Below, one piece after another: positions 17,769 to 26,689 of a DNA stretch of 42,065 nt. The stretch comes from a virus (Duplodnaviria; Caudoviricetes), in the IMG/VR virus record IMGVR_UViG_3300043580_000039, positions 1 to 42,065 of that record; one strand, written 5' to 3'. The stretch's first letter is position 1; the number at the start of each line of letters is the position of its first letter. Made by a program: the position numbers and the translations under genes. Below the pieces are notes generated by a model that was not told where the DNA came from, made no database searches, and worked only from the letters and a program-made list of their open reading frames with translations.

Positions 17769-19520
17769 TTACAACCGCCCCGCAATAGTTCTTTCTGCAA
17801 GGTCTCTAAAACTTACTGCATCCTCTTGGATATTCCAGTTGTTGTAAACTGTTTCTCCTACTGCTAATCTTTTACCTTCTACCATGTCATACCACCATTC
17901 GTCTAGAGTACCTTTAGCAATAATATATTCTACGTTCGTGGGATTCTTTTTGATGCTGAAATCCGGATTGTAGAACCTAAATTCAAACTGCGCTTCGACT
18001 TCTGAATTCCATTGCCTTTCCAGAACCAGCACATTATCGCAATAGTGGAAATCCATTCCGACACCACCGGCTAACATATTAACAATAAGAAATTGTCTTG
18101 AAGAGTGCTCCCACTCCCGCATGATTCTATCTTTTTGCTCTGCGTTATCTTGTCCACTCAGCTTGTAGCAATTCTTGTCCATTCCAAGCTTTGTGTAAAG
18201 AACTTCTCGCACGGTTTCGTGATGGATACCAATAGCATACTTAGCATCAGTTTCCATTGTGCAAGCTTCAAGATAATCCGCAGTCCACATAAGTTTCATG
18301 AGCCCGCAAATCCGCCGCAGCTCCATTAGATCATCGGCAAGATCAAAATAAGTTGGATTAGCTTTCGCAGCTATCTTTGTTTCCATCTTATCTAGAACTT
18401 TGTTATAAGCCGATGTCAAACTAGACTTATCAGGTTCGATAACTGTATAAATTTTATTAAGCTTGGGAAGCTCTTTGTAGACATCCTCTTTCTCTCTTCT
18501 TAGAAAGTAAGGTTTGATTACATCTTTAAAAGCTTGTATATAACCAGGTTTAACACGCGACCACTTTCCCTTGCTGTCTTGTTGTAACCAAGTGCGTCTG
18601 AAAGATTCCAGACTTGAAAACTTCTCAGGATTTACAAGATTCAGAGGTACGAAATACTCTTCAGCGCGGTTTAAAATTGGAGTACCAGTAAGCAAAATCA
18701 AACCACAGGGCTTGCTTATTGGATCTTGTTTTCTATCCTGTGATTCTTTATGTTGCTGTTGTTGATAGCAATGTTGTCCACATTCCGGGCATTTTGTAGA
18801 CTTGGCAATCATAACATGCCCGATACGCTTATCGAACTTCTGTTTTCCTTCTTCTTCCCACTGGTGCTGACATCGCACACAAGTAAAATCTAACATCTTA
18901 GAAACTTCACCTGTATTGAGGAAAGCTACAAATTCTGTAAGAGCCTGACTTCTGTTAGATTCAGTATTCTTAAAAGAATGAGCTTCATCCGCAATAATAA
19001 GTTTGAAGGGAATCTTTTTGAGAGATTCTAGAACTTTAGGACGAGAGAATGTATCCATGCTTAGAATATAAGCTGAGAAACCCGGTGGAATCCAGGCATT
19101 AGAACCAATAACAGGGAAAATACCATTTGGCAAAGTATCACACCAAACTTTGTACTCGCGAATCCACTGCCAAAGATTTGCACTGCGTACTAAAATTAAG
19201 CAAGGGGTGCGTTCTTTATAAGCATTTTTAAGTGCTAGCAGACCTTGGGGAGTTTTACCTAGGCGCATTTGGTCACCCAGGATACAATTAAAATCTGACT
19301 CTAAGATAAATTGAACGCCGTCCTCTTGATAAGGCCGTGCATGTTTATCTGTTAGGTCAGCAGATTTAAAATCTAGATTACTTTTATCAACTACCGTAAT
19401 ATCTTTTGCAAACAAGTGCCCGCATTCGTACTCAAAAAGCTTTGTTCCTTCGATAGTGAATTCATTCTTGAGTTTCAGAATCTTTCCACATTGCGGGCAT
19501 TCGTATTTTAGTTTAGCCAT
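17769..19520 (-). CDS. SNF2-family helicase/ATPase with Zn ribbons
   Basis: RPYQ, DQMRLGKT, DEAH, LLTGTPILN, LRR.K..V...LP, AGGVG. Confidence 0.85.
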   Translation of the reverse strand: MAKLKYECPQCGKILKLKNEFTIEGTKLFEYECGHLFAKDITVVDKSNLDFKSADLTDKHARPYQEDGVQFILESDFNCILGDQMRLGKTPQGLLALKNAYKERTPCLILVRSANLWQWIREYKVWCDTLPNGIFPVIGSNAWIPPGFSAYILSMDTFSRPKVLESLKKIPFKLIIADEAHSFKNTESNRSQALTEFVAFLNTGEVSKMLDFTCVRCQHQWEEEGKQKFDKRIGHVMIAKSTKCPECGQHCYQQQQHKESQDRKQDPISKPCGLILLTGTPILNRAEEYFVPLNLVNPEKFSSLESFRRTWLQQDSKGKWSRVKPGYIQAFKDVIKPYFLRREKEDVYKELPKLNKIYTVIEPDKSSLTSAYNKVLDKMETKIAAKANPTYFDLADDLMELRRICGLMKLMWTADYLEACTMETDAKYAIGIHHETVREVLYTKLGMDKNCYKLSGQDNAEQKDRIMREWEHSSRQFLIVNMLAGGVGMDFHYCDNVLVLERQWNSEVEAQFEFRFYNPDFSIKKNPTNVEYIIAKGTLDEWWYDMVEGKRLAVGETVYNNWNIQEDAVSFRDLAERTIAGRL

Positions 19521-19615
19521 TTGTTTGTTCTCTCTTTAAGTCTTTAAGTCTAATCTTATCAGATACTTGAGAGCCTGTCAATAGGACTAACAGGCTATTA
19601 GTACTAGCGTGCGAT

Positions 19616-19783
19616 TTAAAAACCGGCACCTTCAGTTAAAATATAAGCTGTAGTTTCCATAACAATAACTAGCTCACCTTTAACAAAATCTCTATTGTTG
19701 TCTGAAGATTTTAATTCCAGACGTAAATCTTTTTCACGATGAGCCAGCCAGTTGAGTAAGTTATCCCGCAAATCTTGTGTCAT
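19616..19783 (-). CDS. Hypothetical protein
   Basis: Likely start MTQD at 19783. Confidence 0.5.
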   Translation of the reverse strand: MTQDLRDNLLNWLAHREKDLRLELKSSDNNRDFVKGELVIVMETTAYILTEGAGF

Positions 19784-19817
19784 ATTTTTCTCTTTCTTGT
19801 GTCTCTCTGGGTCATGA

Positions 19818-20603
19818 TTATTTCTTGTAGACTCCTGTTTTAAGTAAATCTGCATCTATTGCAATAGCTATAGCTTCTTTCGAACCGCCGAACTTTGTTA
19901 GCATATCTATTGAATTATTCCGCTGTTTGAAAATCTTTAGGGCTGCTTTTCTTTCCAGCAACCCATGATCTGACATAAACTGCCCTAAAGCTATTTCTTC
20001 AGAATCGTCAACAGCCTTAGTAGTAGGCCTGCTACTTGTAAGAGCTTCTTTGCGCGCCTTATCGAAATGCCGCTTTTCCCGTTCTGCAAGTGCATCTTTC
20101 CTTCTTTTTGGATCTTGTTGAATTGCTATTTGAGTTTGTGCGACACATGCCTCTAACATTTTTAAGTGTAGAGACTTCTGTTCAAAGTCCATTTCACTTA
20201 CTAATCTTGTAGACTGTAGCCTAGCGTTATTTTCGTTAGTTATTAAGCTTAGCTCCATATCAGGAATAACACTAAGCCGTATCATGTTTAAGTAATCTAA
20301 TTCTAGAGAGCTTACCGGAACCTCCCGCTCAATTTTAATAGTTTGTGCCAGACCAGCACATCTAATATGTATAATATCCATATCAATATATGCTGGTTCT
20401 TGCCCAGGTTCTAGCAGTTTGTGATATCTTTCGAGACACCATAAAGCTTCCCTGAGATTCACAGGTTCTTTACATGAAGAACACGCGTTATGTTCGTGGC
20501 AAAACATCAAACCTGATTCACGTGTGTCATGACCTAATGTTTTAGCACACACTAGGCATTCTTTGTATTCTTGTCGGATAAGTTGCAAAGTTGAGCCCAT
20601 CAT
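19818..20603 (-). CDS. Zn-finger plus coiled-coil hypothetical protein
   Basis: CxxC...CxxH..CxxC N-terminus. Confidence 0.65.
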   Translation of the reverse strand: MMGSTLQLIRQEYKECLVCAKTLGHDTRESGLMFCHEHNACSSCKEPVNLREALWCLERYHKLLEPGQEPAYIDMDIIHIRCAGLAQTIKIEREVPVSSLELDYLNMIRLSVIPDMELSLITNENNARLQSTRLVSEMDFEQKSLHLKMLEACVAQTQIAIQQDPKRRKDALAEREKRHFDKARKEALTSSRPTTKAVDDSEEIALGQFMSDHGLLERKAALKIFKQRNNSIDMLTKFGGSKEAIAIAIDADLLKTGVYKK

Positions 20604-20638
20604 TTCTTGTTTTGGCCTTTCCCTTAAGTAAGTAAACT

Positions 20639-20860
20639 CTATTTAACAATCCTTACTTCTATAGGTTCAGGCTTAGTTTGCAAGTGCCAGCTAATACTAT
20701 TCAGGCCAGACACTAATAACATACCAAGCAAATACAAGATTCCTAATGCTATAGGAAAGCTTACCGCAGCTTTAAACTTATTTCTGTGGCCTTTCAAGTC
20801 TCTATCTTGATAAGCCATAAAAAAGCCACCGACAACTGCCGTAATAATAATACCTAACAT
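20639..20860 (-). CDS. Two-TM membrane protein
   Basis: Two hydrophobic helices separated by a basic loop; AGGAG RBS. Confidence 0.65.
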   Translation of the reverse strand: MLGIIITAVVGGFFMAYQDRDLKGHRNKFKAAVSFPIALGILYLLGMLLVSGLNSISWHLQTKPEPIEVRIVK

Positions 20861-21117
20861 TAGTTTGTGAACTCCTTTAATAAAAACTCTTCAAACTGAG
20901 GGTCCGTAACTTCTGCATACAAGAAAGCGTTATCTTTGAGCTTATAAAAGCTTATTTCCCACCAGTGAGTATTAATAAGCTCGAAGAAAGCTTTCGCTCT
21001 AATCTCATAACATTCAGCTTGTTGGTTATTACCTTGTTGTCTGCAATATACAGCAGATTCCATACAATCTCTGTACCATTTTTCGTAATAGTTAGAGAGT
21101 ACCTTATAGAATATCAT
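20860..21117 (-). CDS. Hypothetical protein
   Basis: ORF with AAGGA RBS, coupled to the next gene. Confidence 0.55.
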   Translation of the reverse strand: MIFYKVLSNYYEKWYRDCMESAVYCRQQGNNQQAECYEIRAKAFFELINTHWWEISFYKLKDNAFLYAEVTDPQFEEFLLKEFTN

Positions 21118-21160
21118 GTGAGTGTGTGTGTCCTTTTGTAGAATCTTTTAAAGTGTAGGC

Positions 21161-21580
21161 TTAGGCTTTATGAACGGGCCTCTCGAAGTGATCTTTCAGT
21201 TTATCTTCTAAGGAGTCCAAAGAACCTAAAGAAGAATCTTTTGAAAGGCGCTTCATTCTACGAGATTCCCGTTGTGATTCGATGTCACGTGTTTCATCGA
21301 ATCGCGCGTTTTGCAAAGACTGTATTTCAAGTATCTGCGTACGTGCCATTTCCCGTTGTTGCTCGGTTTCAGGCAAATCGTCATCTTCAATTAAATCTAG
21401 AAGATAATCAACATCCTGATATGCGAGTCTTGCACTTCTAGGATCTAGAGAGATCTTTTGAAGCTTAGGTACAGTATAAGAACGTTGCCGCTCTGTATAC
21501 TTAGTATCTGAATCCATATCCTTGATTAGCTCCAGTAAATACGAGCAATCAGCTTTAGAGAGTTGTACAAATTGTGCCAT
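21161..21580 (-). CDS. Helical protein with internal duplication
   Basis: ATG 21580 with AGGAG RBS; LSKADCSYLLELIKD / LAYQDVDYLLDLIED repeat. Confidence 0.65.
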   Translation of the reverse strand: MAQFVQLSKADCSYLLELIKDMDSDTKYTERQRSYTVPKLQKISLDPRSARLAYQDVDYLLDLIEDDDLPETEQQREMARTQILEIQSLQNARFDETRDIESQRESRRMKRLSKDSSLGSLDSLEDKLKDHFERPVHKA

Positions 21581-21688
21581 CTTTTTAAGTCTCCTATTTG
21601 ACCTATTTGATATTAGCTTTAACAACTAACCAATACCACCTAGTAGCCCTTACTTTAAATTCTAAGCAAAGGCTACCAAGTGGGACTG

Positions 21689-22015
21689 TTAGACAGTATC
21701 TTTTATAAGTCCGCCTGCATCTACAAAGTGAACAAAGGTTCCTTGCATACCACGTTGTTCTGCTTTTAGCTCTATGCCATATTCTGACAGAGCCATTTCA
21801 GCAAGAACAGAAAATACAATATCATTAGTAGCAGATTCTCCCAGGTTCTCTAGGAATTCTCTGCAAACTATCTTTATTTGACCTTCCGTTAGTTTTTTCA
21901 TTTGTTCTTTCTCTCTTTTACACTTCAAGCAATACTCTGAACCTATCTTGGATCTTAATAGCGGTACCTTATGCTTTGGACAAGTACCGAATACATGTTT
22001 TAATTTAGTTTTCAT
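21689..22015 (-). CDS. Zn-ribbon hypothetical protein
   Basis: CPKH...YCLKC. Confidence 0.55.
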   Translation of the reverse strand: MKTKLKHVFGTCPKHKVPLLRSKIGSEYCLKCKREKEQMKKLTEGQIKIVCREFLENLGESATNDIVFSVLAEMALSEYGIELKAEQRGMQGTFVHFVDAGGLIKDTV

Positions 22016-22032
22016 ATTAGGCTATTAAGCTA

Positions 22033-22446
22033 CTAAGCAGACTTCTTTATTTGCCGAAACTCTTTACAGCCGCATTTCAGGCATCCAGTCTTTATTAGCC
22101 CAAAGTTATTGCTACTTGTTAGACTTGTGTAGTCTGAATGTTCGTACAGAAAGTGATGGCACTGGCAGAATTTTGCACTGCGGGGAATAAAATATTCCTT
22201 ATCATCTACATACGGCGGTATACCAAAATCTCTGGTCATCTTATACCACAGATGTTTAGCTTCACCAATTGTTAGGTTGTAATCAGAAACTAGCTTATAA
22301 ATTATTCTAGCCATGTACCGTTGTGTAACCGGGCCACTAACTAAAAGTCTATCAGCAATATTAGAGTTATCAAGAACCTGAATCCAGAAATACACATTGG
22401 TTATTTTGGTTACAGGTTCTAGGAGAGTCCAGTATAGTTTTAACAT
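22033..22446 (-). CDS. Hypothetical protein with C-terminal Zn motif
   Basis: CQCHH...H...CLKCGCKEF. Confidence 0.55.
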   Translation of the reverse strand: MLKLYWTLLEPVTKITNVYFWIQVLDNSNIADRLLVSGPVTQRYMARIIYKLVSDYNLTIGEAKHLWYKMTRDFGIPPYVDDKEYFIPRSAKFCQCHHFLYEHSDYTSLTSSNNFGLIKTGCLKCGCKEFRQIKKSA

Positions 22447-22451
22447 TAGCT

Positions 22452-23117
22452 TTAAAGTTTCTCCTTCTTCTTAAGATCTATTATCTTACTATTATCAGCA
22501 AAGCGCTTATTTATCTCCTGAACTTCGAGATCCATCGCATCCATAAATTTCTTTATGACAGGCGATTTGTGTCTTAACTCTTGGGACTTCAAAACTTGTT
22601 GTGCCGCTCTTTCTGCCGCTCTTTGGTCTACAAGCTGCGTACCGAAATCTTTCTCAGGTGCTTTTAACTTTTGTTTAGCAGTTAGGGCATTTCTGAGTCT
22701 TTTATCTACAGTACGCAATCTTACGTGATGCCATCCTTTATCAACTAACTTTAGTGCCCAAATTTCCGGAGTTTCACCAGATTTTAAAGCACCCTCAAGA
22801 GTCCACCTGTTTAGGGAAGTTTCTAAGGTACTTGTGCTAGGCCCAGTTTTCAGTTGAGTAATAGAACTGTAAATAGATCTATCGATTGTGAGGGCTTTTG
22901 TTATGCAGATTCCTTTGCGTTCATTACTAGGAATCTTATCTGATGGTTTTCTCGAAAGTCTTGGAGCTTTTGGATCATCCCACCAAATGTCCGGAAATTC
23001 ACAATACAGGCGAGTAACTTCCGGGCTTATGTGGATAATCTTTTCCGGAGGTTTTCTCGTTAGTTCTTTACGTGGAAATTCAGAACCTAGTGGCGTGTTG
23101 TATTTTGTGAATGCCAT
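22452..23117 (-). CDS. Hypothetical early protein
   Basis: 221-aa basic ORF in operon. Confidence 0.6.
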   Translation of the reverse strand: MAFTKYNTPLGSEFPRKELTRKPPEKIIHISPEVTRLYCEFPDIWWDDPKAPRLSRKPSDKIPSNERKGICITKALTIDRSIYSSITQLKTGPSTSTLETSLNRWTLEGALKSGETPEIWALKLVDKGWHHVRLRTVDKRLRNALTAKQKLKAPEKDFGTQLVDQRAAERAAQQVLKSQELRHKSPVIKKFMDAMDLEVQEINKRFADNSKIIDLKKKEKL

Positions 23118-23118
23118 A

Positions 23119-23280
23119 TTATAACTTTACTTTGTAGTGTGTTTCGAGCCTTTCTAACATTTTGATGTAAAGCTCTATTTTCTGTTGTATTTCACATTTC
23201 AAAAGCTCTAAGTAATCTTTCACTTGAGCTTTTGTCATGCTGTTTAGATCCGGTGGGAAGTCTTTAGGGATTTGTAGCAT
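23119..23280 (-). CDS. 53-aa hypothetical protein (not in ORF track)
   Basis: MLQIPKDFPPDLNSMTKAQV...HYKVKL; TAATG overlap with the upstream gene. Confidence 0.6.
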   Translation of the reverse strand: MLQIPKDFPPDLNSMTKAQVKDYLELLKCEIQQKIELYIKMLERLETHYKVKL

Positions 23281-23537
23281 TAAAGTTTCTCTACCTTAAC
23301 CTTATTCGGGTGAGGACTCATGCCTAGAGTCTTTTGAAAGATCCCTAGATTATCATTAGCTATCAGAGCTTTTTTAATTCGATTCCTGCTATCATTTGCA
23401 GTTACGATAGCTTCCATGCAAGATTTGCAAGTTTCGAATATATCGAATGTTGTTATCCGATATTCAGGTTTTGCCTCTTGGCATACGAAACATAGCTCTG
23501 GGTTAACTTCTAGTTTTTTATCTTTCGGAGTAGTCAT
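23280..23537 (-). CDS. Zn-binding protein, first gene of the leftward operon
   Basis: CFVC...CKSC; AGGA RBS. Confidence 0.6.
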   Translation of the reverse strand: MTTPKDKKLEVNPELCFVCQEAKPEYRITTFDIFETCKSCMEAIVTANDSRNRIKKALIANDNLGIFQKTLGMSPHPNKVKVEKL

Positions 23538-23662
23538 TATTTTATTCCTGTGAGAAGTTTTTAAAGTGTCACTTTTAAGAGTTCTAATCGGTACTAGTAC
23601 TAAAGTACTTGGTCCTAGGGTGTTCTCCTGAGTGTAGCAGACATAAGCATGAGTGAACTACG

Positions 23663-23690
23663 AGTATAGCACGTGTGGAGCAAGTGTAAA
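23663..23690 (-). promoter_or_regulatory. Leftward sigma70-type promoter
   Basis: Minus strand TTTACA-16nt-TATACT with TGn extended -10. Confidence 0.55.
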
Positions 23691-24150
23691 GGTCTTTATT
23701 CCCTTTAGAATGAGTAAGATAGAGAAAAAGCTACCCGGAGTCTGGTAGTCACTCAGAGCTTCGTTAGCAGGGTTTCCGGATTCCCTTGTAAGTCATTGAT
23801 TCTATACTATAAGACTGTAGAGTATGAATCTCGAAACGTTAGCGTTATTAAGGGTGCGGTATTTTGAGGGTTAAGTGCTTTGTTTTGTTTTTTATTTTTT
23901 TTTTTTAAACTTTTCTGCAAACCACGGGCTCAGACACTATGAGTGTGTAGGGCTCTTGACACGCTTTATGCTTTCAAGTGGAATAAGTCCCTATCTTTGC
24001 AATGGGTTAGCTGGATGCTACAGGCTTAGCACGTGCTTTGGGCATGTTGGAAACGTGCTGAAATCATGCCCTACGATGTCTACGGCACACGAGCCATTTA
24101 TTAAATCAATGACTTTATTTCACAAAGTGGCAAACAGAGAATACAGAAAC

Positions 24151-24179
24151 TTGCACTTTTTATTTTTCTCAACTATACT
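24151..24179 (+). promoter_or_regulatory. Rightward sigma70-type promoter P1
   Basis: TTGCAC-17nt-TATACT. Confidence 0.55.
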
Positions 24180-24265
24180 TGTTTTAGTAGCCCGGTGGTT
24201 CAGGGGCTCTTAAGAGGGGAATCTGAATCAGGGGGGTGAAATCGAAGCAAATAGTTCAAAAAAGC

Positions 24266-24294
24266 TTGACTCAAGAAAGCTAGCCTGCTAAACT
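24266..24294 (+). promoter_or_regulatory. Rightward sigma70-type promoter P2
   Basis: TTGACT-17nt-TAAACT, TGn extension, A-tract upstream. Confidence 0.65.
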
Positions 24295-24437
24295 AAGAGA
24301 GTAGTAAAGAGGTTGAGACAACAAGACAACATGGCGAGCGCTAAACGCAAGCGGGTAACGGCTGTACTCGACACACAAGCTCAAGACTTAGATACTGACT
24401 TGACGTATGGACAACGGCAAGATCTAAAAATAATCGT

Positions 24438-24473
24438 AGACAACACTTTAACCAAAGACAACACTTTAACCAA
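24438..24473 (+). repeat. Perfect 18-bp tandem duplication AGACAACACTTTAACCAA x2
   Basis: Read directly from the sequence. Confidence 0.9.
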
Positions 24474-24498
24474 AACTTCGACACAAGGAAAAAAGAAA

Positions 24499-24987
24499 AT
24501 GACTCCAACAACGGCTGTAACCACAAAGAAGATTCAGCGGACGGTATTTGACTTGCAAGTTTTCGACGATGTGAAACTTGTAAAGGATGTGCCGCTTCCA
24601 AAAAAGCCCGAAGAAATTCAAGAGGCACTGGATATCCTGGGCTCCAAAGAAAAGCTCTTGGAAGTTATCTACAAAGGTCTGATTGCTGAAGCTACAGACA
24701 GCGCGTGGGAAGATATCGACGGTTTCAGGATTGTTGGTTCTATCGGACCCGACAAAGATGGAAACGTCGTATACACTCCTGACGCCGACGGGGAGCCCAC
24801 TGAACCTTACACGGGAAAGTTTGCCGATGAAGCAAAGGGCAAGCTTATCAATGCGGCGATTTTGAGTCTCGCAAAGATGCAGGGATACGAAAAGTCTCTG
24901 TCCAAGGAAAAGAAAGCCGCGCTTAAGGAAAAGGCGACGGAATTTCTTCGCGCCAATCCTGCAATGCTGCAAAGTATTCAGGGTTAA
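24499..24987 (+). CDS. 162-aa early protein of unknown function in its own transcription unit
   Basis: ATG 24499 with AAGGA RBS (the track start 24313 is probably over-extended); promoters upstream and terminator downstream. Confidence 0.75.
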   Translation: MTPTTAVTTKKIQRTVFDLQVFDDVKLVKDVPLPKKPEEIQEALDILGSKEKLLEVIYKGLIAEATDSAWEDIDGFRIVGSIGPDKDGNVVYTPDADGEPTEPYTGKFADEAKGKLINAAILSLAKMQGYEKSLSKEKKAALKEKATEFLRANPAMLQSIQG

Positions 24988-25040
24988 CAAGCTCTGTCTT
25001 AACTGAATAACTTATCCCTAACTGGCAAGGGACTAACGGA

Positions 25041-25090
25041 GGGAGGATAATTAGATCTGAGGTATTAAGATCTAGTTATCCTCTTTTTTT
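25041..25090 (+). terminator. Rho-independent terminator
   Basis: GAGGATAATTAGATCT / AGATCTAGTTATCCTC stem followed by T7. Confidence 0.8.
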
Positions 25091-25248
25091 ATTTGTGCCT
25101 GCTAATCAGATAATCGGGTATTAATACATGCGTATCTTAAGTACCAGGTACCACTCCCCCAAGGTACTAGAACTTTAAACCTAGGCGGCCCTGATCTGAA
25201 GTACATATATACATATATACATATACATAACAAAACAAAAGAGGAAAC

Positions 25249-25680
25249 ATGGACACCACAAACATCAAAAAACGAGCCCTGGAATATCTAGAAAAAGATG
25301 ATTTAAAAGGGGCGCTTATCAGTTTGGGTTCTGACCTTAAAAAGAGCCCTGAAATAAAAATAAGTCGAGTGTGGGATGAAATTTTCATGGCAGGCCTGAT
25401 GATTGTCAAGTCTGGAGATGCGAAAGGTGTAAGAGACCTAATAACTAATCTTGATGATATTATAGAAATAGCTAATATATCTCAAGATAATAGGGCTAAA
25501 GAAGCTGCGGAACAGGGAGATAAAAAAGGTAAAACACTAGGACAAATAGCAACAGAACATGGTTGGGATAAGATGCCACTAAATCAACTTTCAATGTTAG
25601 CTGAAGCTATGGGAAGTTATTGTCTAGCTAGGATACTTATTGCAGAAGCGGAAACAGTTAAAGCTTCGGAGGATAACTAA
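25249..25680 (+). CDS. Hypothetical protein
   Basis: GAGGA RBS; C-terminal GWDKM domain shared with the next gene. Confidence 0.65.
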   Translation: MDTTNIKKRALEYLEKDDLKGALISLGSDLKKSPEIKISRVWDEIFMAGLMIVKSGDAKGVRDLITNLDDIIEIANISQDNRAKEAAEQGDKKGKTLGQIATEHGWDKMPLNQLSMLAEAMGSYCLARILIAEAETVKASEDN

Positions 25681-25683
25681 GAT

Positions 25684-25881
25684 ATGTCAGAAATAAAAAA
25701 GGAAATACCAAAAGAACTAATAGAGCTGGCAGAAAAGAACGGCTGGGATAAAATGTCTCATGAGGAACTTTCAAACTACTCTCAAGGTCTGGCGCTTTAT
25801 TATATAATGAAGTTTAAGCCAGAATTAGGTTTACAACTTGAGGTAACTATGGTAAGAGAACTTAAGGAGGACTTAAACTAA
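25684..25881 (+). CDS. Hypothetical protein (GWDKM paralogue)
   Basis: GGAGG RBS. Confidence 0.6.
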   Translation: MSEIKKEIPKELIELAEKNGWDKMSHEELSNYSQGLALYYIMKFKPELGLQLEVTMVRELKEDLN

Positions 25882-26309
25882 TGAATCTCTCTTGGCAACC
25901 TAAATATAATCCAAAAGAATGGCACTTTCTGGATATGTTTGGACCGGCAGGTTATAGATTTATCAACAGAACTACTAAATTGCGGGTTATCATATCCGTA
26001 GGTAAGTTTAAAATAGGACAAAAACTTAAACTGGAAGAACTTCTAACAGACCCGACACTCAGAGAATCAGGGAATGAATGGATTCACATTAGCTTGTCAA
26101 GAAAAGACAGAATGCCGGATTGGAAAGATCTTGTTACAGCACGACAAGGTTTTTTAGAGCCTACAGCTTATGCTTATCTAGTATTTCCACCTGAGGATAA
26201 ATATGTTAATATACATAAGACTTGTTTGCATATATACTCAAGATTAGATGGGCTACCGGAGCTTCCGGACTTTCATATGGAAATAGTATCTGGTATCAAT
26301 AGTATTTAA
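25881..26309 (+). CDS. Conserved phage hypothetical protein (W.H.S.S...P.W...YVN.H..CLH family)
   Basis: WIHISLSRKDRMPDWKDL...FPP..KYVNIHKTCLHI; AGGAGG RBS. Confidence 0.7.
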   Translation: MNLSWQPKYNPKEWHFLDMFGPAGYRFINRTTKLRVIISVGKFKIGQKLKLEELLTDPTLRESGNEWIHISLSRKDRMPDWKDLVTARQGFLEPTAYAYLVFPPEDKYVNIHKTCLHIYSRLDGLPELPDFHMEIVSGINSI

Positions 26310-26325
26310 TAGAGGGCTTAAGAAC

Positions 26326-26589
26326 ATGGGTAAGAAATCTCTCAAGAAGCAGGAAATACAGAATATCTTAAGTAAAGACTGGGCATCGCGCAGAGCTAAG
26401 AATAAAGAACGCTCAGAGAAAGGTTCTGCACTTACCAAGAAATGGAAAAAGCAGGAGAAGACTTTAAAAGAACTTGAGAAAATAAAAGCGGAGGTTGATA
26501 AACATAACCTTCAAGTGCAACTTCAGAACCTTCAGCCGAATAAAAAGCGCAGACCTAATTATATCACCACTCCTGATTCTTTATTTTAA
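26326..26589 (+). CDS. Lys-rich coiled-coil protein
   Basis: ORF with GAGGG RBS. Confidence 0.55.
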   Translation: MGKKSLKKQEIQNILSKDWASRRAKNKERSEKGSALTKKWKKQEKTLKELEKIKAEVDKHNLQVQLQNLQPNKKRRPNYITTPDSLF

Positions 26590-26689
26590 GTTTGCCGGTA
26601 TAGTCTGGTAAGTACTAAGGCAAATCCTACCACATATATTAAGTGTAATTTTATCTGCTCTGTTATCAGTCACTTAGGCTCTAGGGCTA

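Noticed and set aside
23956-23984. TTGACA-17-TGGAAT promoter
   Set aside because: Perfect -35, but the -10 lacks the critical A; not called
23875-24213. 112-aa ORF in the divergent control region
   Set aside because: It runs through the poly-T tract and promoter elements, has no RBS and has implausible composition
24438-24473. Mini CRISPR array
   Set aside because: The two 18-bp copies are directly adjacent with no spacer
25202-25229. TACATA(TA) microsatellite; also TAGTTCTGC x2.7 at 31144-31167 and TCTTTAAG x2 near 19533
   Set aside because: Short slippage-type repeats in spacers with no further support for function
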